Assembly: GCA_964426185.1 (NCBI GenBank)
Contig: CAYRPF010000002.1
Span: 41,799-73,798, forward strand
DNA length: 32,000 nucleotides
Direction of reading: 5' to 3'
Source of the DNA: an uncultured archaeon
GTDB lineage: Archaea > Asgardarchaeota > Lokiarchaeia > Sigyniarchaeales > Promethearchaeaceae
Shown here: piece after piece, positions 1 to 7,998 of the stretch
Position numbering within the stretch: position 1 is the first letter of the stretch
Layout of the letters: each line of letters opens with the position of its first letter
The notes under the pieces: model-generated
The model's input: only the letters and a program-made list of their open reading frames with translations
What the model was told of the DNA's origin: nothing
The model's database searches: none
Position numbers and translations under genes: made by a program

Positions 1-140
1 TAAACGGTTTTGGTTCAGGAGTTGGAGTCGGTGTTGGAGTAAACGGTTTTGGTTCAGGAGTTGGAGTCGGTGTTGGAGTAAACGGTTTTGGTTCGGGAGT
101 TGGAGTTGATGTTGGTGTAAACGGTTTTGGTTCGGGAGTT
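1..140 (-). repeat. 39-bp in-frame tandem repeat (about 3.6 copies visible, truncated by window edge) encoding TPEPKPFTPTPTP
   Basis: The unit taaacggttttggttcaggagttggagtcggtgttggag occurs at 1-39 and 40-78 (identical), with a variant at 79-117 and a partial copy at 118-140. Confidence 0.95.
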
Positions 141-757
141 GAAGATTCTGAAGGTTCTTTATTTGAAAATGGAATTGACTCGGAAGGAGGCATGCTGAAA
201 TCATCTGGAGGAACTTGAACCCCATTAATTTCCAATACACGACGAAATATCATATCAAAAGCTTGTTTTACTCCTGTTCCATCCTTTGATGAAATCTTTA
301 TATGGCCAAACATATTTAGTGGTTCTAAGAATTCACGGGCGTAATCATCGGAAACGGTAATGTCATCAACCCGATCGAGTTTAGTGCCGACAAATAAGAT
401 GGGTAAATTAGGATCCTGCTTGCGTATGATCTTCACCCACTCTTCTAATCCATCCAAAGTCCGCAGTCGAGTCAAGTCATACAATAATAAAGCACCACGG
501 GCTCCAGCTACATATGAATCTAACATAAACCGAAATCTTTCTTGCCCACCAAAATCCCACAATTGACCTACAACATCAACTGCATCTGGGTGACCAGGAG
601 GACCTATTTTTGAATTAAGGAGATGAAATTCCACACCGATAGTCATACTGGTGTTTTGCACGAATTTGCCTGTAACTGCACGAGTAAGGAGCGTTGTTTT
701 ACCTACACCGCCTTGTCCAGCAACGAGTATCTTGAATACATATTTCTTTTTTTTCAT
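1..757 (-). CDS. Rab-like small GTPase with Pro/Thr-rich tandem-repeat C-terminal tail (3' end runs off the window; absent from the ORF track)
   Basis: Manual translation from ATG at 757: MKKKKYVFKILVAGQGGVGKTT (G1), MTIGVEF (G2), QLWDFGGQERFR (G3), LFVGTKLD (G4), ISSKDG (G5). It then continues into PEPKPFTPTPTPT repeats with no stop before position 1. Confidence 0.93.
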   Translation of the reverse strand, partial: MKKKKYVFKILVAGQGGVGKTTLLTRAVTGKFVQNTSMTIGVEFHLLNSKIGPPGHPDAVDVVGQLWDFGGQERFRFMLDSYVAGARGALLLYDLTRLRTLDGLEEWVKIIRKQDPNLPILFVGTKLDRVDDITVSDDYAREFLEPLNMFGHIKISSKDGTGVKQAFDMIFRRVLEINGVQVPPDDFSMPPSESIPFSNKEPSESSTPEPKPFTPTSTPTPEPKPFTPTPTPTPEPKPFTPTPTPTPEPKPF

Positions 758-929
758 TTGGGTGCCTCGGTCCTTAATATCTCAATTTAGATCTAAAACC
801 TTGATGTGTTTCAAATCCAATTATAATAATATAATATAGAATGAGAGTGCTATAATAAAATTTTGTTTTTAGAGTGGGTGAATTCAGTTATTTATATTTT
901 TTAGTGATTGAAATTTGATAATAATCATC

Positions 930-1673
930 ATGGAAAAGCGCATTGTTCTTCCGATAAGAAACAGTGAGAAGGAATATATCGTTCAGCCTTCAAAAATAAT
1001 TGCATTGGGTTTAAATTATTTTGATCATATTCGAGAAAGTGAAGAAATTGCACTTAATTTGCAAGTTCCTAAAGAGCGTGCAAAAAATGAGATTCCTCAA
1101 GAGCCGCTATTATTCTCGAAAACACCAAACGTGCTGATAGGACCAGGAGAATCGATTATTCTACCTAAAATACTTTCTAACTATAATTTTAAGGAGTTTC
1201 GTACAGATATTGAAGCTGAATTGGCTATAATAATCGGAAAACGTGGTAAAAATATTTTACAATCCGAAGCCATGGATTATATTTTTGGATTTACAGCGAT
1301 GAACGATGTGAGTCAGCGTAACATTCAAAAATCAGACAAAACGGGATGGTTTCGGGGAAAATCTTTTGATACTTTTGGACCAATCGGTCCGCAAGTGATA
1401 TTAAAGGAGGACATGGAAACTCTGCGTAATCCTCAAGATCTCAATATTATGAGCCGCATTAATGGTGAAATTAAGCAAAACGCAAATACTTCTCAGATGA
1501 TTTTTCCGATTCCTGAGATAATCTCCTTTATATCTCAAAATTTTACTTTAGAACAACATGATATTATTTTGACTGGAACACCGAAAGGAGTAGCTCCAAT
1601 CCACCCAGGAGATGTGGTGGAAGTGGAAATAGAGCACATAGGGATCTTGAGAAACCCTGTTCGTGGGGAGTAG
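930..1673 (+). CDS. Fumarylacetoacetate hydrolase (FAH) family protein
   Basis: Motifs GLNYxxH, LFSKT, DIEAELA, NDVSQR, GKSFDTFGPIGP and ILTGTP. ATG at 930 is preferred over TTG at 915. Confidence 0.92.
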   Translation: MEKRIVLPIRNSEKEYIVQPSKIIALGLNYFDHIRESEEIALNLQVPKERAKNEIPQEPLLFSKTPNVLIGPGESIILPKILSNYNFKEFRTDIEAELAIIIGKRGKNILQSEAMDYIFGFTAMNDVSQRNIQKSDKTGWFRGKSFDTFGPIGPQVILKEDMETLRNPQDLNIMSRINGEIKQNANTSQMIFPIPEIISFISQNFTLEQHDIILTGTPKGVAPIHPGDVVEVEIEHIGILRNPVRGE

Positions 1674-1869
1674 ACACAATTTATATCTATTTTTTCATCT
1701 TCATTTTTCGAATTTTCGACATTTTGAAATTTCAATAACTGGCATCCCGATCTTTTAGATAATCTTCTGATTATTACTAAGATAGAATAAAGTTATTACT
1801 GTATCTATTATCTTTATTTCATCTTCCTTCCTTCATAAAATCACCAACTCTTTAACTCTTTAACCCTTC

Positions 1870-1913
1870 GGAGGGCTGCTCTCTTTCCCCAAGAGTGGCC
1901 TTCCCCCTTTTTT
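1870..1913 (+). terminator. GC-rich stem-loop followed by a T-tract (terminator- or attenuator-like)
   Basis: ggagggctgctct (1870-1882) pairs with agagtggccttcc (1892-1904), giving 13 bp with 3 G-U pairs and a 9-nt loop, followed by ccctttttt. Confidence 0.5.
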
Positions 1914-1970
1914 GTTTATTATATCTGCATTTCACACAGTTTATAGAATTCTTAAAATAACCAAAATCTT

Positions 1971-2027
1971 AAAATCCCCAGAAGTCACAAAATTGCCTAA
2001 AACCCAGAAAAACCCCAAAAGTCACAA
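1971..2027 (+). repeat. 20-bp imperfect direct repeat (37-bp period) upstream of the PatB/MalY gene
   Basis: aaaatccccagaagtcacaa (1971-1990) vs aaaaaccccaaaagtcacaa (2008-2027), 18/20 identical. Confidence 0.7.
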
Positions 2028-2059
2028 CCCTTTACTCTCACAGAAGCATAATTATCCCA

Positions 2060-3265
2060 ATGCAATACAATTTTGATCTACCTATAGAGCGAGCAACTGG
2101 CGATTCTATCAAATGGAATGCAGAATTCTTAGAAAAAAAGTTTCAAGTGAAAGATGTGCTGCCATTATGGGTTGCCGACATGGATTTTAAGGTAGCTGAA
2201 CCCATTATCCAAGCAATTAAGGAAAGGGCCGAACACGGTATTTTTGGGTATAATTTTGCTGACAAATCCTACTTTGAATCGGTGATCAGCTGGTTTCAAC
2301 AGAGATATCACTGGAAAATTGAAGAAAGATGGATCTCTATCACTCCAGGTATTGTTCCGGCCATCAACTTCCTCATCCAAACCTATACCAGGCCGGGTGA
2401 TGCAGTGGTGATTCAAGAGCCAGTATATTATCCCTTCAAAGATTCAATATTAGCTAACGGACGAATTCCGTTGATTAATGAATTGATCGAAAAAGATTGC
2501 CATTATTGCATGGATTTGCAAGATTTGGAGCAGAAATTCCAATCACCGCGGGTGAAAATGTTTATTTTATGTTCACCACATAACCCAGTCGGACGGGTGT
2601 GGATTAAAACGGAACTTTTGCATTTAAGTGAGATTTGTGAAAAATATGATATTTTGGTAGTATCGGATGAGATTCACTGTGATTTGACTTTTCCCAGGCA
2701 TTCACATATCCCGTTTGCTTCTTTATCTCCCGAAAATTTAAATCGAACCATTACATGCACCGCTGCTTCCAAAACTTTCAATCTTGCGGGCTTACAAACT
2801 TCAAATATCATCATTCCCAATCCAAAACTGCGGAAAGAATTTCAAACTACATTAGAATCTTTAAGCTTATTGGGAGTAAATTTATTTGGAATTACCGCAG
2901 TAAAAGCTGCATATATGCATGGACACCAATGGTTGGAGGAAGTTCTGCAATATATTTACCAAAATTATCAGAAAATGCGGGAATTTCTGGAAGAACAACT
3001 ACCTCAAGTAATTGTTTTTCCTTTAGAGGGAACCTACTTAGCGTGGTTGGATTTTCGACCGTTGAAGATTCCTGCAAAAGAATTGGATAATCTTATAAAA
3101 AAGCATGCAAAAGTGTTACTCGATGATGGTGCAATATTTGGGAATGCAGGTGAAGGATTTCAACGGGTTAATTTAGCCTGCCCTTGGAAAACTCTTCATG
3201 AAGCTCTTATGCGAATTGCCCAAGCATGTAGAGAATTTTTTAACAAACAACCTGAAGGCAGTTAG
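2060..3265 (+). CDS. patB: PatB/MalY family PLP-dependent C-S lyase (cystathionine beta-lyase-like)
   Basis: Motifs SIKW, LPLWVADMDF, HGIFGY, LCSPHNPVGRVW, SDEIH, PLP-lysine AASKTFNLAGL, EGTYLAWLD and GFQRVNLACP. Confidence 0.92.
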   Translation: MQYNFDLPIERATGDSIKWNAEFLEKKFQVKDVLPLWVADMDFKVAEPIIQAIKERAEHGIFGYNFADKSYFESVISWFQQRYHWKIEERWISITPGIVPAINFLIQTYTRPGDAVVIQEPVYYPFKDSILANGRIPLINELIEKDCHYCMDLQDLEQKFQSPRVKMFILCSPHNPVGRVWIKTELLHLSEICEKYDILVVSDEIHCDLTFPRHSHIPFASLSPENLNRTITCTAASKTFNLAGLQTSNIIIPNPKLRKEFQTTLESLSLLGVNLFGITAVKAAYMHGHQWLEEVLQYIYQNYQKMREFLEEQLPQVIVFPLEGTYLAWLDFRPLKIPAKELDNLIKKHAKVLLDDGAIFGNAGEGFQRVNLACPWKTLHEALMRIAQACREFFNKQPEGS

Positions 3266-4050
3266 ATTTCGTTTTTTGCTCGTTTTGTTTTTTTTTTCCG
3301 CTTCAAGAAATATTCCCCACGCTGATCACATACTGAAATCAAAAAGCATTGATTACATAAAGGGTGTTTTTTACAAACCCGCACACAATGTTGAACAATT
3401 AACGCGTGAAATTCATTATATATTCTCACGTCGGCAGGAAGATGTGCATGAAACCATGTCTGAAATTCGTGATACGATTGCTTTTCGGAGAAATAACCCA
3501 TGTAAAGAAGCATCCGAACGGTATAGGCGTCAATTACAAAAACAGGTCTTTGAAATCCATAAAGTAAAATTTCATCTGCTGTCTCATGACCGATACCATT
3601 CACCTTGAGCAGATGTAAACGTAATTGGGGGGTTTCATACGATTTCAATGTTGTTATGGGTGTATCGAGCAGCATACGGCAGAGATTTATCAATTTTTTG
3701 GCTTTTTGATTATAATATCCTGAAGATCGTATGGAAATTGCCAATTTTTCAGTTGAAGTGGCCAGTATTTTTTCGGGTGAGAGTAAATGGTTCTTGAATA
3801 GCTGACCTAAAGCTTTATCCGCATTTTCCCAAGAGGTATTTTGGGTTAAAATGGCACCAACCATAATTTCAAAAATATCTTCATCAGTATGCGGATAACT
3901 AAAGTCATTAGGATGGTACCACGTGTTTCTTCCTCGTTCGGTAGGATTATGACCCGCATAGCGAAGACGAATTAGAGGCCACCAACCTTGAGGGCCATAT
4001 TCTGAAAATAACCTCTGAAATAATTCATTCAAAGCTAACAATTTTTTCAC
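3262..4050 (-). CDS. HhH-GPD superfamily (endonuclease III-related) DNA glycosylase with C-terminal [4Fe-4S] motif
   Basis: YGPQGWWP, GAILTQNTSW, HhH GIGHETAD, FVIDAY, EFHALIV, and Cys cluster CVRVCKKHPLCNQCFLISVC. Confidence 0.88.
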   Translation of the reverse strand: MKKLLALNELFQRLFSEYGPQGWWPLIRLRYAGHNPTERGRNTWYHPNDFSYPHTDEDIFEIMVGAILTQNTSWENADKALGQLFKNHLLSPEKILATSTEKLAISIRSSGYYNQKAKKLINLCRMLLDTPITTLKSYETPQLRLHLLKVNGIGHETADEILLYGFQRPVFVIDAYTVRMLLYMGYFSEKQSYHEFQTWFHAHLPADVRIYNEFHALIVQHCVRVCKKHPLCNQCFLISVCDQRGEYFLKRKKKTKRAKNEI

Positions 4051-5156
4051 GGATTTGATAATTTTTTTACCACATAATCAAAACAAATCTTGCACGGATC
4101 TTCATACAGGGCGATTTTTTCTCGAAATGCATCGGTAAATCGATTGGAATCTGGTTCCTGTGCTAGAATTTCGTTTGCACGCATTGCAATTATTTCAGGT
4201 TCTCGAATGTGTTCTAAGGGAAATTGGTTTTTTTGCAGAAAAATTTCTTGCGGGGCTGATTTACCCGGGAAAAATTCTATACTTGGTACACTGAGTAGGC
4301 TGGATTCTCGAACAATAGTTCCACCTCCACTGATTACTAATGCGGAATAAAAGCATAAATCAACAATATGGGGCAGATATTGAGTAATAATAACATTAGA
4401 ATAGTCTTTAAAATCATGTAACTGCTCTCGAAGCCAATTTTCTTGCTTATCCGATCTCACTAAAAGGAAATACGTAAAATTTGGATGCTGGGCATAAATT
4501 TTGGGGAAAAATTGACTGATCAAAGTTTCTTCCGGCTTGAGTTTATTCAGAAAATAGTCCGCAAAAGCTGGCTCGCTCCGAATAAGGACAAAGTTGCCAG
4601 GAGTGACATTGAATTGTTCCAGAATTTTAGGGCGTGGTTGATAATGAGAAAGCCAAGCAATTTCATCAATCCCATTATAACGGATAAATTTGTCTGGATG
4701 TGCATAAATCTCAAGATAATCGGCTAGAGGGATGCATTCGGGCGTAATTACTTGATCCAAAAACGGAAATATTTGTTTAGAAACAAAATAGCTTCGAGGT
4801 TCATCGCTAAAACCTATTGAGGGAATTCCTAATCCCATGGATAGACGAGGGCCTTCTACGGATCCAAAGGTAACGAAGAAATCTGGTTTAAAGGGAACCA
4901 CAACGTCAAATAATCCATGTAATCGTTCAATATATGCTTGCATTTTTCCTTCGATGGTATCTCCTCCATGTTTTCCCACGGGAACATAGGGAATTTGAAG
5001 GTCATTTAATATTTTGTAGGTCGAATCAAAATCACGCGCAGTTATTAAAAGGGTAGCGCCCGCCTCTTGAAAGCATTGAATCATATATTGAAACATTATA
5101 GGGGCTTTTGGTTCTTCTAAGTCTATCCAAATTTTTTTTTGCGAGAGAGGTTTCAC
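4047..5156 (-). CDS. DUF354 family predicted GT-B glycosyltransferase
   Basis: KIWID, ITARD, VGKHGG, GIPSI, YNGIDEIAWL and ISGGGTIVRES are typical of DUF354. Its stop overlaps the downstream start (GTGA). Confidence 0.82.
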   Translation of the reverse strand: MKPLSQKKIWIDLEEPKAPIMFQYMIQCFQEAGATLLITARDFDSTYKILNDLQIPYVPVGKHGGDTIEGKMQAYIERLHGLFDVVVPFKPDFFVTFGSVEGPRLSMGLGIPSIGFSDEPRSYFVSKQIFPFLDQVITPECIPLADYLEIYAHPDKFIRYNGIDEIAWLSHYQPRPKILEQFNVTPGNFVLIRSEPAFADYFLNKLKPEETLISQFFPKIYAQHPNFTYFLLVRSDKQENWLREQLHDFKDYSNVIITQYLPHIVDLCFYSALVISGGGTIVRESSLLSVPSIEFFPGKSAPQEIFLQKNQFPLEHIREPEIIAMRANEILAQEPDSNRFTDAFREKIALYEDPCKICFDYVVKKLSNP

Positions 5157-5233
5157 GCTTAAGAAAAATCTAAATGATTAAAAAATTTATCTTCAAAGAT
5201 TTATTTTAAGAATTGTAGCATAGAGTGATTATT

Positions 5234-5842
5234 ATGGTAGAAGAAACAGACTCTAATAACTCAAAAAAATACACCGTACAAGAACATGCAATTTTGAATA
5301 AACAACCAGTTTATGGACCGAATTCCCATTTTGCAGGTCAAGAAAGGACCCTTCCTCCAACTGAAATCGGAGAAGGCTCAATAATCTGTTCTCAGGCTGT
5401 GGTTTATGCAGGAACTAAAATCGGTAAAAAGGTTTTTGTCGCAGACGGCGCTTCCATTCGAGAAAATGTAGTAATCGATGACATGGCAATCATTGGGCGC
5501 ATGGTAACCGTCGAATGCAATACAAAGATAGGTAAGCGTTCCAAAATTCAAACTGCTGCCCATATAACTGGAGATTGTATTATTGGAGACGATGTTTTCG
5601 TCGGACCAGAAGTTACTACCATGAACGATTTGTACATGGGCGCCCGAGAGACCGAAATGAAAGGACCCATCATCGAAGATGGTGCTTTAATAGGTGGAAA
5701 TGCTACTTTACTTCCTGGAGTTCGAATTGGTAAGAATGCAGTGGTGGGGGCAGGCTCAGTAGTAACGAAAGATGTTCCCGCAAATGAAGTCTGGGTGGGT
5801 AATCCTGCCCGAAAAATTAAAATGCGGGACTGGAACAACTAA
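5234..5842 (+). CDS. Hexapeptide-repeat (left-handed beta-helix) sugar N-acetyltransferase, WbpD-like
   Basis: Multiple [IV]Gxxxx hexapeptides, VFVGPEVTTMND, IGGNATLLPGVRIG, VGAGSVVTKDVP and GNPAR. Confidence 0.88.
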   Translation: MVEETDSNNSKKYTVQEHAILNKQPVYGPNSHFAGQERTLPPTEIGEGSIICSQAVVYAGTKIGKKVFVADGASIRENVVIDDMAIIGRMVTVECNTKIGKRSKIQTAAHITGDCIIGDDVFVGPEVTTMNDLYMGARETEMKGPIIEDGALIGGNATLLPGVRIGKNAVVGAGSVVTKDVPANEVWVGNPARKIKMRDWNN

Positions 5843-5850
5843 ATTTTTCT

Positions 5851-7182
5851 TTAATTTTGTTTTTTTATTTTATTTTGGCGTAAGGTGTGTCTGAAATAAA
5901 TTAAGGTAATTAAATACCAAAGGATCAAGATTACTCCTCCAATTAGTATTCCGAATAACCAATTTACCGGTTTGTCAATAATATATTGGTCGATAATCCA
6001 TAGAAAACCCAAAGCTATAAGTACAAGAACCACCATGATAACGCTGAGCCCTAAAATTTTTGGAAAGAGAGAGATCACCAATAAAAAGGTTAATAAACTG
6101 ATCGAGATTACTCCCAGTATTTTAAATGCATCATAAGGGCCGAAAAAGGGCATCATCGTCAAGGCAACAATTAAACTGATTATTCCTGCAATAGTAGACA
6201 GTCCAAAAATATGATTAACTAATTCTTTTTCACTTAAAGGTCCAGAAGCTGTTAATAGTCGCGGTAATGTAAGGGGTGCGGTTGATTCTTCAGAAGCATG
6301 AATCAAATCGTTTGAATCTAATAGAATATCTTTCTTATCAATTGTATGGCTTTCTTTAAAGCCACGGACGGAGGCAATTACATAAAAACTATTAAAAATC
6401 TGGGGCAGCATCACTAAAATCATAATGGTTTCAATCGAACCAAATATTCCCACCAAAGCTATTGACGCTCCAATCACTAAGGTTCCAGTATCTCCAGGAA
6501 AGATTTTAGCGGGATATTTATTGAAAAAATAAAAAGCACCGATCCCAGCTAAGCAAATATAACCGTAAATAAGACCTTGACTTGATCCCAATAAAAAAGA
6601 TGCCAAAATCATGAAAACTAATGCAATGCTTGTTGTCCCAGACCCTTCTCCATTATACCCTTCTAACATGTTTACAGTGTTGGTCATCACCATAATGATA
6701 ATGGGGATAGTTAGGGGATAAATGATAGTTAATTGTAATCTACCTAAGATGGGCAAAATTGGATTTGAAATTTTAATGAATCCCAGAAAAGGTAAATTTG
6801 CAATAAAAACTGGAAGACCAGTAACAAACATTAATATAATTTTTCTCAAAGAAGATAACTGCTTTCTATCATCGATCCATCCCACCACAGTGGCAATTAG
6901 AATGGTAATAATGAAAATGAAAACTTCATGCCATAATGTAGGTATAATAAACCCGAGCATAATCAATCCAAAGGTAATTGAAATTGAAAAAGCTATTCCT
7001 CCTGATTCTGCAGTTTCTGGACGAGATTGCTTGTGAATATCATACCCCACATATTTTTTTCGCTTCATCCATGAAATAATATAAGGGTAAAGCCAATAAG
7101 TAAAACCGAAAACAAAAAGGCCGATAAGAACCAGTACAACAATTTGATACCATTCTAATTGCAATTGAGAAATACGGATCAT
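5851..7182 (-). CDS. aglH: UDP-GlcNAc:dolichyl-phosphate GlcNAc-1-phosphate transferase (AglH/ALG7/DPAGT1 family)
   Basis: GYDIHK..PETAESGG, GWIDD, NTVNMLEGYNG, FNKYPAKIFPGDTGTL and LTLPRL, with more than 10 hydrophobic segments. Confidence 0.88.
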   Translation of the reverse strand: MIRISQLQLEWYQIVVLVLIGLFVFGFTYWLYPYIISWMKRKKYVGYDIHKQSRPETAESGGIAFSISITFGLIMLGFIIPTLWHEVFIFIITILIATVVGWIDDRKQLSSLRKIILMFVTGLPVFIANLPFLGFIKISNPILPILGRLQLTIIYPLTIPIIIMVMTNTVNMLEGYNGEGSGTTSIALVFMILASFLLGSSQGLIYGYICLAGIGAFYFFNKYPAKIFPGDTGTLVIGASIALVGIFGSIETIMILVMLPQIFNSFYVIASVRGFKESHTIDKKDILLDSNDLIHASEESTAPLTLPRLLTASGPLSEKELVNHIFGLSTIAGIISLIVALTMMPFFGPYDAFKILGVISISLLTFLLVISLFPKILGLSVIMVVLVLIALGFLWIIDQYIIDKPVNWLFGILIGGVILILWYLITLIYFRHTLRQNKIKKQN

Positions 7183-7263
7183 GATAATTTCTTAAATATC
7201 AAAATTTTTCTTTCATTAAAGAAATTGTGATACTTTTAATCAAAAATCACTGATAAAGAAATA

Positions 7264-7926
7264 TTAAAAATCTTGCTCTATAAGAGGGACAGCGAAGATT
7301 TCCCAAATGGGTCGGTTTTCTAAGTTCACTTTCCTGATTACACGAGTTAACTGCCGGTGATAAATCTCAGGAATACTCGTGAACAAAATATCCAAGATAT
7401 TTACTCCTCCTGAAATCTTTTCCATTAACGGAACGATCCATTTCTGGGGTATTTTTGCGTATATTCCTTCAATGAGAATTAATTTCTGATATAATTCCAA
7501 AGTTTCAGAGCCATATTTATCGATAAGGTTATCAATGTTCGGTTTAAATGCCTCAAAATCAGCTGTACGATAAACTCTTTTTTCTTCACCCTTATGGAGT
7601 TCATTCTCATATAATTCTTCAAATTTTTCAGTAATTTCCTGAGCCATACCGGATAAAATGGGTTCGATCATGTAACCTAAAGGCATTGAGTAATTGATCA
7701 TTAAAACCGAAAAAACATAATTTCCTGGGCTGAACCGTGCTTCTAAACTCCCTGACCGAATTAAAGAAACTCCTTCTGGAAAACCAATTTCTTGGGCAAA
7801 TCCATTAAGAGCCGTTAAAAATCCTCCTATTAGTTGATCGCGATTAGTTTGATCACTATTAATAATATCGTATTTGTGCAAAAGGGTTCCAGTTTTTGTA
7901 ATAATATAGATTTCTACGAGCACCAA
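7264..7926 (-). CDS. Longin-fold protein (Asgard type) with additional C-terminal helical region
   Basis: N-terminal beta-hairpin IYIITKTGTLLHKY, helix QLIGGFLTALNGFAQEI, three short strands, then helix AQEITEKFEELY. This fits the beta-beta-alpha-beta-beta-beta-alpha-alpha longin pattern. Confidence 0.7.
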   Translation of the reverse strand: MVLVEIYIITKTGTLLHKYDIINSDQTNRDQLIGGFLTALNGFAQEIGFPEGVSLIRSGSLEARFSPGNYVFSVLMINYSMPLGYMIEPILSGMAQEITEKFEELYENELHKGEEKRVYRTADFEAFKPNIDNLIDKYGSETLELYQKLILIEGIYAKIPQKWIVPLMEKISGGVNILDILFTSIPEIYHRQLTRVIRKVNLENRPIWEIFAVPLIEQDF

Positions 7927-7998
7927 AGTTCAGTCAAGATATATAGGAAGAAATCACCTAAAAAAAGAGGGAAATGTTAAAATTGAAATAAATGCGTT

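Noticed and set aside
1-140. 39-bp repeats as a CRISPR array
   Set aside because: The units are contiguous with no spacers, the length is a multiple of 3, they are in frame within the GTPase CDS, and there are no cas genes.
360-839. + strand ORFs of 68 and 62 aa
   Set aside because: They are antisense shadows of the Rab-like GTPase.
1819-1845. Minus-strand mini-ORF MKEGR with a GGTGA SD-like site
   Set aside because: Five codons only, with no supporting context; likely chance.
1860-1913. SAM-I riboswitch, SECIS element or tRNA
   Set aside because: Only a GGAGGG fragment matches SAM-I. There is no SECIS core with an in-frame UGA gene and no cloverleaf.
5851-5875. C-terminal dilysine (KKxx) ER-retrieval motif on AglH, and KxKxx on the 27828-28280 protein
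   Set aside because: Lys-rich termini are common in this AT-rich genome, and nothing in the window indicates a COPI-like reader.
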